Shown here one piece after another: positions 21,801-32,700 of a stretch of DNA of 64,000 nt (positions are counted from its first letter, which is position 1; each line of letters begins with the position of its first letter). The notes below the pieces were generated by a model. That model did no database searches. It saw only the letters and a program-made list of their open reading frames with translations, and was not told the origin of the DNA. Position numbers and translations under genes: made by a program. This stretch comes from TPA_inf: Saccharomyces (taxonomy: Eukaryota), in assembly GCA_000146045.2 (NCBI GenBank), contig BK006945.2, positions 288,001-352,000 of the forward strand, read 5' to 3'.

Positions 21801-24800
21801 TAGGATGTTTTCGATGGAAAACTGTCCCGTCACCTTGGTTTCTTCTGGTAACATACCGTTATTCGTATTGGTCAGAGAAAGTAGCAGCATATGTAATTCA
21901 AACACGAAATACGTGGAAGCCACTGGCACAAGAACACCAAAATAAGTAATGCTAGTATCTAATGTCCAATTTATCATTATCGAGGGTGCCTGCTTCTCTT
22001 TTTTTGGTAGATTTGAACTAAAGAATAAAGGCTTCAGGGAATATAACAGATTGATACCCTGAGAAGCAAGCTTTTCATCTTGTAAAAAACTGTTTACAAT
22101 ACGGCGCGGCTCCGAAAAGGTTAACTTAATCATAGATATTGAGATGTCAACGTTTATCAACGAATAGCCTTCTCTAGAAATTCCTCCTTTAATTTCAATA
22201 TCGCCAAATGAAAACCTTAGGTATTGCTCCTTTGTCTGGTGCGATGTCATGAAAAAATCAGTATCCCATATGCTTAACAAAATCTCATTTGAACCGAATT
22301 TGTTAAAATATATATCAAGCTGCTTGGCTTCGTGACGAATATAAAATGGCGAGAGCGGCATAACTTCAGAACTAACGTTTGAAAAATAACATGACAAGAC
22401 TGTATTAATTTTCTGGTCGACAAATTGGGACTTTTTCTTTGATTTAGGTTTAAACTTTATGCGCTCTTTAATCATCATCAGACTTTCCCTAATTTCAGTA
22501 ATAGCGGTTACTAATTGCTCAGTTGAACTCATTGCTCTAAAATGAAGATCTGCGCACTGGTTGTTTATCAGAATCGTAGGCTTGTGTGACCATGCCTCAG
22601 TAGTCGCTAAAACTGAAAAGTCGCGCAGTTGAGCTTCTCCCAAAATGACAGATGTGTGTTTTAACCACACTTCCGATTTCTGGGAAAATATAACCAATGA
22701 ACCCGCTTGACTAGTTGAATCTTTTAGATTTTCCCATAGTAAACTAACTCTACCCCCAACTGTTCTACTCATCAGCTTCGTTTGGTCCATGACCAGTTGC
22801 AGTTCACTTTTATCCACTAATAAAACGGTGTTCATTTTGAATTGCTTTGATAACTCCTTTTTTGGATCACTTTTGTCATCTTCGCCCACTGCTGCAATGA
22901 GTGGAATAAGATCTTGCAATTTAAGTAACCTATCACTGAATTTTCCTTTTACTGAGCCTACTCTTCCCGTAATTTCAATAGTTTCTTCTCGATTTGAAGG
23001 TAAGCTTGTCACCGGAGGCGTCAAATCCACTACCAGATTGGCATCCGCAACAACAAAATTATGCTCAACCTCATATCCCTCACCATAAACAGTAAGGTAA
23101 AATGATCCCATGGTACACTTCAACAATTTTTTAATCAAATTTTGTTTATGTTTCTCATTTTCTGCCGTGAATAATTTGCCGTATATATACGACCTTGCAA
23201 CATCTGAGAACTCCCAATTTCTCCAAGTCGAAAACACAGACATGAAGATATTTTTTGCATCTTTAGCAGAGGTATATTTCTTTTCTTTTAGCACTTCGTC
23301 GATGTTGCTTTGCCAATCATCAGGAAGGTACGTTAAAATGTGTCTCAGACGCGTAATAATTTTCCAACTACGATTCTCACGCACATGCCCTTTGGAAAGT
23401 CTCATAATAAAAGCAGGTTTTGTTATGACGTAAGGATCATGACTAATTTGATAATATTCGCTTGCGGCTGTGAGCTTTGAAATGAGTTCTGTCTTTGAAT
23501 TACTTCTGGTGTTCTGAATAGAATTAAAAGAAGTGCAAACCTCTTGAATAAGATTTCCCTGGTCACTACAGTACTCAAACAGCCATTCCATTTGAGATTC
23601 GTCTATGGTAATATCTGATGACGTTAAGTTTAATGAGTTAACTTGTCTATCTTCTGTAGAAGACCATACTTCGAAACCCTCAATCCCTAGCGACAGTGCA
23701 GGGGGACGATCTTCAGACAAGTCTGGATTTTTCTTCTGGTTAACAGTCACTCTGACAGTTTTTACCTTTGCTAAAGCTGCTACTTCTAATAATTTATTTG
23801 TTCGGTTCTTCTCTAGAGACTTTTCACTCATTTGATAATCAATACGATCTAAATAGAGCTCAAAACCTTCCTCACCTGTCTCTTGCCAGATTAAATTTAG
23901 ATAAGCAATATGGATATCAATGTTTGAAATAGAAGTGATCCCTTCTTGAAGGTTGCTTAATCGTTTCACAATCCCAATTTCAATATCGTCTAAGACTTGT
24001 ACCATGTTTTCAGAGTAAAGCTGTTCTAATAAACTCTTAGCGAAAATAAAAAGCAACGGGTCGACATCCAACAGAATATATGAAACATCAACAACATAGT
24101 TATCCCTTTCGTGGTTTCTGTCTTCTGTAAAAGCGACAGGTTTGAAGCTTGAAGGGTCCGCTTCTTCGTCATTATCATCTTCACTGAAGCTGGCTCTTGA
24201 AGGCTCCATAGTTGATGGAGTTTCTGCGAATATGTTCTTGAATGGATTTGTGGTCTCCAGAAGGGTAGCATACTCGCCCACAATATCTTCAATGATATAA
24301 TCTATAGTATCAGGCAAAGTGGGAAGAGGTAAAGTTGGGATAGACGAAGATGGTGCTATAGCCCCGTACAGGTTTTGGTATGTATCCGAATCCTGATAGA
24401 ACAGCGGAAGAAGAAAAGGACACCTATGATAGGGTGAATCGTGTATTGTTATATATCTGCGTTGTTCTGATCTTTTTTTATCGATATCCTTGTATTGCTC
24501 AAAGTTTGTAAATCTTAATTTTGTTTCGAATTTGAGAAATGATGTGTCTACGCCATCGCCCATCACGCAATTTAACGAAATTGTCAATTTTGGAATTTTC
24601 ACGTCTATTCTTTGTGAATATTTTTCGTTTTCAAAGTCGATCAAAGTAAACAATATCGATTCAGCACTAATAACTGATTGAGATTTCATCACCGGATCTT
24701 TAAGGCCTATTCTTATTTTTTCAACGTGCACGGTTAGCGAGGTCATATCATTAATGGTCTCAGTGTCATATAATAATATATTTTCCAAGTCATTGTAGCC

Positions 24801-27731
24801 AAAACCTATCTTATAAAAGGAATTAAAGAATCCCTTTATAAATTCAATATCTGAATCAATGCATAAATCTCCGAGATTGATATCCCATTGACAAAAGTAG
24901 GTAGGTTCTGTGGGTGGTAATCCATACATTCTATGTCCATGAATGGTGAGGTCCGAAAGCAATCCGTGCTCTTGCTCATCAGCTCCGTTATTACGACGTA
25001 TAAAATCAAATACTTCATTTATTTGTTTTGAAACGTGCCGCTTTATTGAAGTCCCGTTGAGAACCGCCATTATGTCCATATAATAATTACAACTTCTGAA
25101 ATCCACTACAAGTTCGGCAAAATGTAGTGCAATGCATGGATCAAAACTGTAAATCGTTTCTGGTAATATCAGAGCACCATCCCAAACCGAAAATGTGAAC
25201 CAAATATCAGTTTCGTTGGTAGTCCTTTTCAAATCTGACCTTTTCATAGGACCTTTATCCTCAGATTCGTTCTTTAGACTGCTATTTTGGTACCCTGAAT
25301 CTACAGTAGATGCCAAATCTGCCACCGAGCTTTTCGTAGTGACATCTCCGACTTCCCTAGCGCCAAGGACACCTGTGTACTCTTCTGACGTCACAAAATT
25401 AAAAAATTCACCGAAGTAATTCATCTTTACGTTTGTTAAATACCTCATGACAAACCCATAGCAGTGAAGTACTGTACTCTTGCTGTTACACTCTATGACT
25501 AGCGTATCGACATTATCAATATCTAACTCGGAATAGAGAAGGTAAGAACCTTTAATTGTAAAGTCGTATGCTCTCCCCACTTCTTTATGTTTCATGAATT
25601 CGTTCAATGTATTCCAAGGGGGGGTATTTAACATCATTCTGAACATTGGAGTTGAGATCTCGTAGGACATATCTGTGTATGTCCCCAAAATACTCTCACG
25701 GGGTACCGTGACATCAATTGAAAGCTTATCACCATGAAGGGATAAATAACAGTTTTCGTTAAAATCTAACGGATTGTTAACAATATTGTGATCATTGACG
25801 TTTAAGTAAATGGAATATCCTTCCATTTCCCAATTGACTTTGTATACGAATGGTCTAAAAAGTTCGTAAGGCGTAGGATCACCAGCGGAAAAGTCTGAAA
25901 GCGTATCTGCAACTAAAGTTATATGCTCACGTAGCAGAAACGCCTCTAATTGTTCTGACTTCATGTTAATTATCCATATAGCTTTGCTATTCCAACCCAA
26001 TGGATATCCAATATCCCCATCAATATCGAATACCTTGCTTTTTAACAAAATATCGTGATTAACACTTGACCTAATTTCGGTTTCCAGGAAATGAACATGG
26101 AAATTATTCTGAAAACCTTGCACTGTAGGACAAACACTTATATTGAAATTTGCATAGGTGTCCTTACAAAATCGGAGATCCATCCATCCAAATGGCCTAT
26201 ATTCTTCATTAGTTTCTTTGTAGTGTTTCAAAAATTCGGGGTCTTTGCTACTTTCCCTCGTCGGTATACGCCAAGTAGTATCTTCCATTATTGATATATT
26301 CATCCTGAAAAGTGTATATATTCTTCTAGAACCTGGCGGGAGTTTTTTTATAGGTTTGGCTGTCCTTGAAACTACCGGTGATAGAACTCTTTGTAGATGA
26401 CTGACTTGTCTTTGAGCCCAAGGTCCGTAACAGATGGATCCTCCGTGAATTTGAACATCTAAAGCAAAATCTGGAGGTGCTCCGTTATTGCCCACATCTG
26501 GTCCATCAATATCAGGTATTGTCGGATGTGCACCATGTGGCACAACGCCCGGAACATCCACGTCATATGCAATTGTGACCTTTGGGCATTTTAAAATTGA
26601 TGTAAATTTAGCATATTCATGGTTCGTCAAATCGAACTCAACATCATCTAAATCACTTGCTTTAGCGTCGCCCGCAGAAGCCTTATAAAGAGATAAACCT
26701 TTCCATTTATGATAGAAATTGTCATCTGATGTGCCTGCGCTTTTTTTAGTCTTTTTCGGTACAACAGGCTTGGTTACTATCTGAAAGACTCGTACAAACG
26801 TTTTCCATAACTTTGACACTTTCCCTCTATCTATTTTAAACTTCAATCCAATAGCATCATCGTAACCAATATTTTGTTTGATAGAAATTTCGAAGTTTTT
26901 GAATTCCATCTGTGTTTTATTTCTGTATAAATCTAATCGCTCTTTTGGAGGTAAAACATCTATTATGCCTTTTCCACTTTCATAACTTAGAATCATAACA
27001 GATGGCGTGAATTTGTTTCCTAACAGTAGGGAACCGCGGCTAAATTTAAGCTCAATTGGTAAAAACATCAGTAGCTTTGGATGTTTGCCGATATCTGTTT
27101 CTTGGTAGTCCCTGTCATTAACAATTGATGCATCAGAGTTCGTTGTGTATGCAGATTCGCTTAGATCTTCATCTAATTTATCAGCACTACTTCCATCGCT
27201 AAAAGGTTCAGGAAAAGAATGCTCATTAAGGTATTTTTCAAATTTATCGCGTTCATCTTTTGATAGTAAGTTTATAACATTATCGTACGCCACTGTTCTG
27301 TTGTAAATAAAAATTTCTAGACCTTCACATTCTACGGAAATTTTACAGGGAAGCTTTGCTTTTTTGCCAGAAGAAGACTTGTTATTCTCTATCAATTCTG
27401 CTTTTCTGCAATTTAAAAGCCAGTATTTCCATGTTAAACTACCCTCTAATACCGAAATTGTATAATCTTTGTGTATTACGGAAAGGTTTTTAAAATGTAT
27501 TCGACCACCTAGTAAGGAGACACGAAGTGTCTCAACATTTATCTTGATTTTCGCTCGTTTCCATAGTAGCCATTCTAATATAAAACTTACAAGGTATGCA
27601 TAGATTCTTCCCATGTAGAATATCATTGTCAAACATACTACTACCGTGAGAATCCAATCTACTAAAAAGACCCAGCTAAAGTCCTTTTGGTGTGTCAATG
27701 GAACACCACGTAATTGTGAAATAGCTTCCAT
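18855..27731 (-). CDS. CSF1: CSF1, a giant 2958-aa bridge-like lipid-transfer protein needed for fermentation at low temperature.
   Basis: A single 2958-aa ORF with an N-terminal TM anchor. Length and position match YLR087C. Confidence 0.9.
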   Translation of the reverse strand: MEAISQLRGVPLTHQKDFSWVFLVDWILTVVVCLTMIFYMGRIYAYLVSFILEWLLWKRAKIKINVETLRVSLLGGRIHFKNLSVIHKDYTISVLEGSLTWKYWLLNCRKAELIENNKSSSGKKAKLPCKISVECEGLEIFIYNRTVAYDNVINLLSKDERDKFEKYLNEHSFPEPFSDGSSADKLDEDLSESAYTTNSDASIVNDRDYQETDIGKHPKLLMFLPIELKFSRGSLLLGNKFTPSVMILSYESGKGIIDVLPPKERLDLYRNKTQMEFKNFEISIKQNIGYDDAIGLKFKIDRGKVSKLWKTFVRVFQIVTKPVVPKKTKKSAGTSDDNFYHKWKGLSLYKASAGDAKASDLDDVEFDLTNHEYAKFTSILKCPKVTIAYDVDVPGVVPHGAHPTIPDIDGPDVGNNGAPPDFALDVQIHGGSICYGPWAQRQVSHLQRVLSPVVSRTAKPIKKLPPGSRRIYTLFRMNISIMEDTTWRIPTRESSKDPEFLKHYKETNEEYRPFGWMDLRFCKDTYANFNISVCPTVQGFQNNFHVHFLETEIRSSVNHDILLKSKVFDIDGDIGYPLGWNSKAIWIINMKSEQLEAFLLREHITLVADTLSDFSAGDPTPYELFRPFVYKVNWEMEGYSIYLNVNDHNIVNNPLDFNENCYLSLHGDKLSIDVTVPRESILGTYTDMSYEISTPMFRMMLNTPPWNTLNEFMKHKEVGRAYDFTIKGSYLLYSELDIDNVDTLVIECNSKSTVLHCYGFVMRYLTNVKMNYFGEFFNFVTSEEYTGVLGAREVGDVTTKSSVADLASTVDSGYQNSSLKNESEDKGPMKRSDLKRTTNETDIWFTFSVWDGALILPETIYSFDPCIALHFAELVVDFRSCNYYMDIMAVLNGTSIKRHVSKQINEVFDFIRRNNGADEQEHGLLSDLTIHGHRMYGLPPTEPTYFCQWDINLGDLCIDSDIEFIKGFFNSFYKIGFGYNDLENILLYDTETINDMTSLTVHVEKIRIGLKDPVMKSQSVISAESILFTLIDFENEKYSQRIDVKIPKLTISLNCVMGDGVDTSFLKFETKLRFTNFEQYKDIDKKRSEQRRYITIHDSPYHRCPFLLPLFYQDSDTYQNLYGAIAPSSSIPTLPLPTLPDTIDYIIEDIVGEYATLLETTNPFKNIFAETPSTMEPSRASFSEDDNDEEADPSSFKPVAFTEDRNHERDNYVVDVSYILLDVDPLLFIFAKSLLEQLYSENMVQVLDDIEIGIVKRLSNLQEGITSISNIDIHIAYLNLIWQETGEEGFELYLDRIDYQMSEKSLEKNRTNKLLEVAALAKVKTVRVTVNQKKNPDLSEDRPPALSLGIEGFEVWSSTEDRQVNSLNLTSSDITIDESQMEWLFEYCSDQGNLIQEVCTSFNSIQNTRSNSKTELISKLTAASEYYQISHDPYVITKPAFIMRLSKGHVRENRSWKIITRLRHILTYLPDDWQSNIDEVLKEKKYTSAKDAKNIFMSVFSTWRNWEFSDVARSYIYGKLFTAENEKHKQNLIKKLLKCTMGSFYLTVYGEGYEVEHNFVVADANLVVDLTPPVTSLPSNREETIEITGRVGSVKGKFSDRLLKLQDLIPLIAAVGEDDKSDPKKELSKQFKMNTVLLVDKSELQLVMDQTKLMSRTVGGRVSLLWENLKDSTSQAGSLVIFSQKSEVWLKHTSVILGEAQLRDFSVLATTEAWSHKPTILINNQCADLHFRAMSSTEQLVTAITEIRESLMMIKERIKFKPKSKKKSQFVDQKINTVLSCYFSNVSSEVMPLSPFYIRHEAKQLDIYFNKFGSNEILLSIWDTDFFMTSHQTKEQYLRFSFGDIEIKGGISREGYSLINVDISISMIKLTFSEPRRIVNSFLQDEKLASQGINLLYSLKPLFFSSNLPKKEKQAPSIMINWTLDTSITYFGVLVPVASTYFVFELHMLLLSLTNTNNGMLPEETKVTGQFSIENILFLIKERSLPIGLSKLLDFSIKVSTLQRTVDTEQSFQVESSHFRVCLSPDSLLRLMWGAHKLLDLSHYYSRRHAPNIWNTKMFTGKSDKSKEMPINFRSIHILSYKFCIGWIFQYGAGSNPGLMLGYNRLFSAYEKDFGKFTVVDAFFSVANGNTSSTFFSEGNEKDKYNRSFLPNMQISYWFKRCGELKDWFFRFHGEALDVNFVPSFMDVIESTLQSMRAFQELKKNILDVSESLRAENDNSYASTSVESASSSLAPFLDNIRSVNSNFKYDGGVFRVYTYEDIETKSEPSFEIKSPVVTINCTYKHDEDKVKPHKFRTLITVDPTHNTLYAGCAPLLMEFSESLQKMIKKHSTDEKPNFTKPSSQNVDYKRLLDQFDVAVKLTSAKQQLSLSCEPKAKVQADVGFESFLFSMATNEFDSEQPLEFSLTLEHTKASIKHIFSREVSTSFEVGFMDLTLLFTHPDVISMYGTGLVSDLSVFFNVKQLQNLYLFLDIWRFSSILHTRPVQRTVNKEIEMSSLTSTNYADAGTEIPWCFTLIFTNVSGDVDLGPSLGMISLRTQRTWLATDHYNEKRQLLHAFTDGISLTSEGRLSGLFEVANASWLSEVKWPPEKSKNTHPLVSTSLNIDDIAVKAAFDYHMFLIGTISNIHFHLHNEKDAKGVLPDLLQVSFSSDEIILSSTALVVANILDIYNTIVRMRQDNKISYMETLRDSNPGESRQPILYKDILRSLKLLRTDLSVNISSSKVQISPISLFDVEVLVIRIDKVSIRSETHSGKKLKTDLQLQVLDVSAALSTSKEELDEEVGASIAIDDYMHYASKIVGGTIIDIPKLAVHMTTLQEEKTNNLEYLFACSFSDKISVRWNLGPVDFIKEMWTTHVKALAVRRSQVANISFGQTEEELEESIKKEEAASKFNYIALEEPQIEVPQIRDLGDATPPMEWFGVNRKKFPKFTHQTAVIPVQKLVYLAEKQYVKILDDTH

Positions 27732-28106
27732 GCTTGCTAACTTATTACCGTCAATAGAAGACTTGAGTCAGGTGGCTTTAATGAGTACTATTCTTTTTTT
27801 TTTTCCAAAGAGCACTATGTTGATAATACCGCAGTAATTTTTTTTGAGTATCCTGTAGCCTAGAAAGGTTGAAGCTTATAAAACCGTGCCAACAGCTTTA
27901 TAGTGGGGAGTTTGGCTTCCCTCTATTTGTATATTGATCGCCATCCCTACGAAGTTATTGGGAACGCATCGTGAACCTCTCACTTTAATGCCAGCGGTAG
28001 AAAAAAAAGTCATAAACAATACACGCCGGCTACACTTAGAAAGAAATGACATTTGCTGTCTTATAAAAGGACTTGACAGACCAAAGACGCGTATAATACA
28101 CCAAGA

Positions 28107-29951
28107 ATGGCCTTATTGGAGAAGTTGCATCGAAGGATTGTTGATATGGGGCTTGTCCCGCGTATAATCGCCTTATTACCAGTTATTTCCATGCTATGCG
28201 CTCTATTTGGGTTTATTTCTATAGCTATTCTGCCTATGGATGGACAGTACAGAAGAACATACATTTCTGAGAATGCATTGATGCCTTCACAAGCGTATAG
28301 TTACTTTAGAGAATCTGAATGGAACATTTTGAGGGGCTATCGATCTCAAATTAAAGAAATGGTAAACATGACTTCTATGGAAAGAAACAATTTGATGGGT
28401 TCTTGGTTACAAGAATTTGGTACTAAGACTGCTATTTACGAAAATGAACAATATGGAGAAACATTGTACGGTGTAATGCACGCTCCTAGGGGTGATGGAA
28501 CAGAAGCGATGGTGCTTGCCGTTCCATGGTTTAATTCAGATGATGAATTCAATATTGGCGGCGCAGCTTTGGGTGTATCTTTAGCAAGATTTTTCTCACG
28601 TTGGCCAGTATGGTCCAAGAATATAATTGTTGTCTTCAGCGAAAATCCTCGTGCAGCATTAAGATCATGGGTTGAGGCATACCATACTTCCTTAGATTTG
28701 ACTGGTGGTTCCATTGAAGCTGCTGTTGTGTTGGATTATTCGAGTACGGAAGATTTCTTCGAGTATGTAGAAATCTCATACGACGGTCTGAATGGTGAGC
28801 TGCCCAATTTGGATCTTGTCAACATCGCTATATCCATTACGGAACATGAAGGTATGAAAGTTTCTTTGCACGGTCTACCCAGTGATCAGTTAACTAATAA
28901 TAATTTCTGGTCAAGATTAAAAATATTATGCCTGGGAATAAGGGATTGGGCGTTGTCCGGTGTTAAAAAGCCCCATGGTAACGAGGCATTTAGCGGCTGG
29001 AGGATTCAATCTGTAACATTGAAAGCACATGGAAACAGTGGTCATGATATTACTACATTTGGACGTATACCCGAAGCAATGTTTCGCTCTATTAATAACC
29101 TTTTGGAAAAATTTCACCAATCGTTCTTCTTTTATTTGTTATTAGCACCACGTCAGTTCGTATCCATTAGTAGTTATTTGCCAAGCGCTGTGGCTTTATC
29201 TATAGCATTCGCCATAAGTTCATTAAATGCATTTATAAACAATGCTTATGCAAATATATCCTTATTTTCCGAGTATAATTTGGTAGCGTTGTTGGTTTGG
29301 TTCGTGTCATTGGTGATATCATTTGTTGTTTCACAAGCGTTTCTTCTAATACCTTCATCGGGATTATTGATGACAATTAGCATGGCATCTTGTTTTTTAC
29401 CTTTGATACTTTCCAGAAAAATTCACATCTCAGAACCACTATCATACAGGTTGAAAAATGTTGCTTTTTTATATTTCAGTTTGGTTTCAACATCTTTGCT
29501 AATGATAAACTTTGCAATGGCTTTACTGATCGGCACATTGGCATTTCCTATGACATTTGTGAAGACCATTGTTGAAAGTTCTAGCGAACATGAGGTGACA
29601 ACTCAATCCTCTAACCCAATAAAAACTGAGCCGAAAGATGAGATAGAGCTCGTCGAGAATCACATGGATACAACGCCAGCAACCCCCCAACAACAGAAAC
29701 AAAAACTAAAAAATTTAGTACTATTAATTTTGACAAATCCATTTATTTCAATAACCTTATTCGGACTATTTTTTGATGATGAATTTCATGGATTTGATAT
29801 AATAAACAAACTGGTTTCAGCATGGTTGGATTTGAAATGTTGGAGTTGGTTTGTACTTTGTATAGGTTGGCTTCCATGTTGGCTATTGATATTAGCGTCA
29901 TCGTTTGAATCTAAATCTGTCGTAGTAAGGTCGAAAGAAAAGCAAAGTTAG
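28107..29951 (+). CDS. GAA1: GAA1, a GPI transamidase complex subunit of 614 aa.
   Basis: A 614-aa ORF with an N-terminal TM, a large luminal domain and multi-TM C-terminal half. Size and position match YLR088W. Confidence 0.9.
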   Translation: MALLEKLHRRIVDMGLVPRIIALLPVISMLCALFGFISIAILPMDGQYRRTYISENALMPSQAYSYFRESEWNILRGYRSQIKEMVNMTSMERNNLMGSWLQEFGTKTAIYENEQYGETLYGVMHAPRGDGTEAMVLAVPWFNSDDEFNIGGAALGVSLARFFSRWPVWSKNIIVVFSENPRAALRSWVEAYHTSLDLTGGSIEAAVVLDYSSTEDFFEYVEISYDGLNGELPNLDLVNIAISITEHEGMKVSLHGLPSDQLTNNNFWSRLKILCLGIRDWALSGVKKPHGNEAFSGWRIQSVTLKAHGNSGHDITTFGRIPEAMFRSINNLLEKFHQSFFFYLLLAPRQFVSISSYLPSAVALSIAFAISSLNAFINNAYANISLFSEYNLVALLVWFVSLVISFVVSQAFLLIPSSGLLMTISMASCFLPLILSRKIHISEPLSYRLKNVAFLYFSLVSTSLLMINFAMALLIGTLAFPMTFVKTIVESSSEHEVTTQSSNPIKTEPKDEIELVENHMDTTPATPQQQKQKLKNLVLLILTNPFISITLFGLFFDDEFHGFDIINKLVSAWLDLKCWSWFVLCIGWLPCWLLILASSFESKSVVVRSKEKQS

Positions 29952-30236
29952 GTGCCATTGGTAAGAAGTAAAGGATTAACGGGTGTTCGAACTACGCAAT
30001 TGATTTTATACGCACAAACATTACAAATCGAAGCAAAAGAAGATGAAATGATATGATATACTGATACAAATATGTATTAAATAAAACATAAGTATTGATG
30101 GAAACATGGCATAGAGAAGCGAAGATGCGATAATATCAAATAACTATATGTGAGTTGTGGAAGAAAGAAACGATCACATTATTATAATAAACTAGCTATT
30201 TAAATGTTTATTGAAGACTGTTCTGCCCCCTTTTAT

Positions 30237-32015
30237 TCAGTCACGGTATTGGTCAAAAAATTCTTTATGGAAACTTTCCCATTTCTTAATCCATTCCAGA
30301 CCAGGTGCCAAAAATGTTGTTCTTAAATGGTAAGTACCAGGTTCTTGACCAAACCCAGAACCGGGAACAGTGCAAATGCCAGTAGATTCTAACAACTTCT
30401 TACAATAAAATTCATCCGGAGTTAACTCTAAGTGGCGAGCTTCTTGAACTGCCTTGAAAGGTAAGTCTATCTTAGGGAATAAATACATGGCACCTTGAGG
30501 CTTTTGACATTCAATGCCTTCTAAAGAGTTAAATGTCTCATACAGTGTCATTGCTCTTGTAATTAACTTTTCATGGATGGAGTTACGTTCTGCTTGGTCC
30601 GACTCGAATGATTCCTCCCCTTCCACTGGTGGACGAACCATCAAATCAACCAAAGCTTGACCTGTGACAACGGGACACAATGAAATCGAGGCTAGTTTCA
30701 AGATAACTTGTCTCATCTCATGGCTGAATCCAGTGAGTTCCATGTAGCCACCCCTTTGACCACATTCACCAGAAACACCCTTAGAAGTCGAATGCAAAGA
30801 AGCTAGCTGAACATTATCGAATTTACCTGGATGTTCCCTCTGTAAATGTCTCAAAATTTTCTTCATAGAATGGAACTTGGTGCCCGGGAAGATATTTTCT
30901 TGATAAACTTCGTCAGCTATCACTACTGTACCGTACTTGGCTGCGACTTCAAAAATCTGAGCTATAGACTCAGGTGATAGGACAGCTCCTGTAGGATTAC
31001 CTGGATTGATAACCACTAGAACTGTAGGTTTGATTTCGTTCTGTATAGCCTCTTTGACGACAGTTTCAATTTCTTCTGGATTAGTTGACCAACCTGAATT
31101 CTCATCTAAATAGTATGGTAAAGCTTGAGAATTGTTCAAAGCTAGAGTAGCGGTATATAATGGATATTGAGGAATTGGAATCAAGACACCCGTTTCTGGC
31201 CCTCTACAGAAAATTGATAACAAGTAATTGACAGCTGCGGATGCACCAGCAGTTAGGAAAATATCCTCTGGGTATGATATCTCGCCTTCGTCCCTCTTCG
31301 TTATAAATTCAGCGACACTTTTCCTTATACCTTCTACACCTTGAGAAGAAGAGTAAGCACCAACAGAACCACCGATATCTTCCATTAAACTCTTTGCACG
31401 TTTAATGGCATCTAGTTTAAACAATTTCGAATCAACTAGCTGCTGTTCGTTTTGGTTTAATAGTTCTGGGTATTGTAAGAGAGACAAGACCTGTCTGTAG
31501 TAAGTCAGAGGTTTCTGTTGTAGTTGCTGAGGATTACCAATATTGGCGTTGATAATCCTGTCAAATGGCAGAGATTGAGGATCCTTCTCCAGTTGAGCTT
31601 TCAATTCTTCAGCTCTCATTGGGATGGCACCTCTAACGGCGTACTTAGCCTTCAAGACATTTTCATTTACGTCTTCCAAAGTCAATTGTTCGGCGGGATA
31701 AAACTCGTTATTCGAAGTTTTCAACGTGTGGTGTGGAAAGCGATTCAAATGACGCAGGTCGTTTAGCGAAGATTGACCAGATAATGAACGTCTATGATTT
31801 TGAGCAACAATCCAGGAAGAGCTATGTCTCTGTAGGACGGGTCTAACTTTCCTGAAAGCTTTTAACTTTGTACTACTGGCTGAGGTAGAAAAAGGAGTAG
31901 TGATATGTGGCATTTTTTCTGCGCTTGAAGTGAGAGTCCTTATATGATATGACTTAATAACGTGAGTTATAGAATTACTCACTGTGAAGTGATTTTTGGC
32001 AGACAGTGATAACAT
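30237..32015 (-). CDS. ALT1: ALT1, mitochondrial alanine transaminase, 592 aa.
   Basis: PLP aminotransferase class I motifs (the SKG lysine region SKGVSGECGQRGGY) and an N-terminal presequence-like region. Size and position match YLR089C. Confidence 0.9.
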   Translation of the reverse strand: MLSLSAKNHFTVSNSITHVIKSYHIRTLTSSAEKMPHITTPFSTSASSTKLKAFRKVRPVLQRHSSSWIVAQNHRRSLSGQSSLNDLRHLNRFPHHTLKTSNNEFYPAEQLTLEDVNENVLKAKYAVRGAIPMRAEELKAQLEKDPQSLPFDRIINANIGNPQQLQQKPLTYYRQVLSLLQYPELLNQNEQQLVDSKLFKLDAIKRAKSLMEDIGGSVGAYSSSQGVEGIRKSVAEFITKRDEGEISYPEDIFLTAGASAAVNYLLSIFCRGPETGVLIPIPQYPLYTATLALNNSQALPYYLDENSGWSTNPEEIETVVKEAIQNEIKPTVLVVINPGNPTGAVLSPESIAQIFEVAAKYGTVVIADEVYQENIFPGTKFHSMKKILRHLQREHPGKFDNVQLASLHSTSKGVSGECGQRGGYMELTGFSHEMRQVILKLASISLCPVVTGQALVDLMVRPPVEGEESFESDQAERNSIHEKLITRAMTLYETFNSLEGIECQKPQGAMYLFPKIDLPFKAVQEARHLELTPDEFYCKKLLESTGICTVPGSGFGQEPGTYHLRTTFLAPGLEWIKKWESFHKEFFDQYRD

Positions 32016-32700
32016 CGTGGAGAGAGCAAAATAAAGACTGGGGAAATATATTTATATGCGTTCAATTGAGAAGCAGAAACAATTAAATGCGGGGGAGAAA
32101 CAAAGAAGCTGGTCCTGTTCTCGAGCAACGTGTGACTAGTATGAACAACTAGAGTAAAATAGCGAGAAAGCAGTAGTAGTAACGGAAGAGCTTTTCCTAG
32201 TATGGTCCGCGGGTCACGATCGTTTACAAAGGGCGCAGCAAACTCTAAATACGTCAACCACAGCAGGTCAGAAGAGTACGTGAAGTTGTCTCAACGAAAG
32301 GTCGAAAATCGTTAGGCTTGGACCCCTTCAGAATGAAAAAAAAAAAAGACGCAAGAGTGAAAAAAAAACCAGTACTGTAAAAGCAGAAAACGTCTAATGG
32401 GAAGTGCTACTATGTAAGATTATATCATGAATGTGCTGTGTATTATATATGGATTATATAGCCACGAATATGCGGTAAATAAACATATGCATATATGTGT
32501 GTGGGGCAGCGCTCTGCTGTGCAATCCTTGTTTCTTTGTTTCTTGGGTCGGGATTTGAGTAGCGACGAGCCATCCTCTGCAGAAGGGAAGAAGAAAGAAA
32601 GGCAGAGAGGCAAAGAAAGAGTCAGGCTTATCTTATCTTAAGAGATATGCCGCTTGGACCCAAAAGAAAGGGAAAAGTAAGTACGCAGGTGTAGTTTTGA

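Noticed and set aside
32205-32215. TCCGCGGG, one mismatch from a Pdr1/Pdr3 PDRE (TCCGCGGA), in the ALT1/XDJ1 divergent promoter.
   Set aside because: It is a single imperfect site with no known PDR regulation of either gene. Too weak to call.
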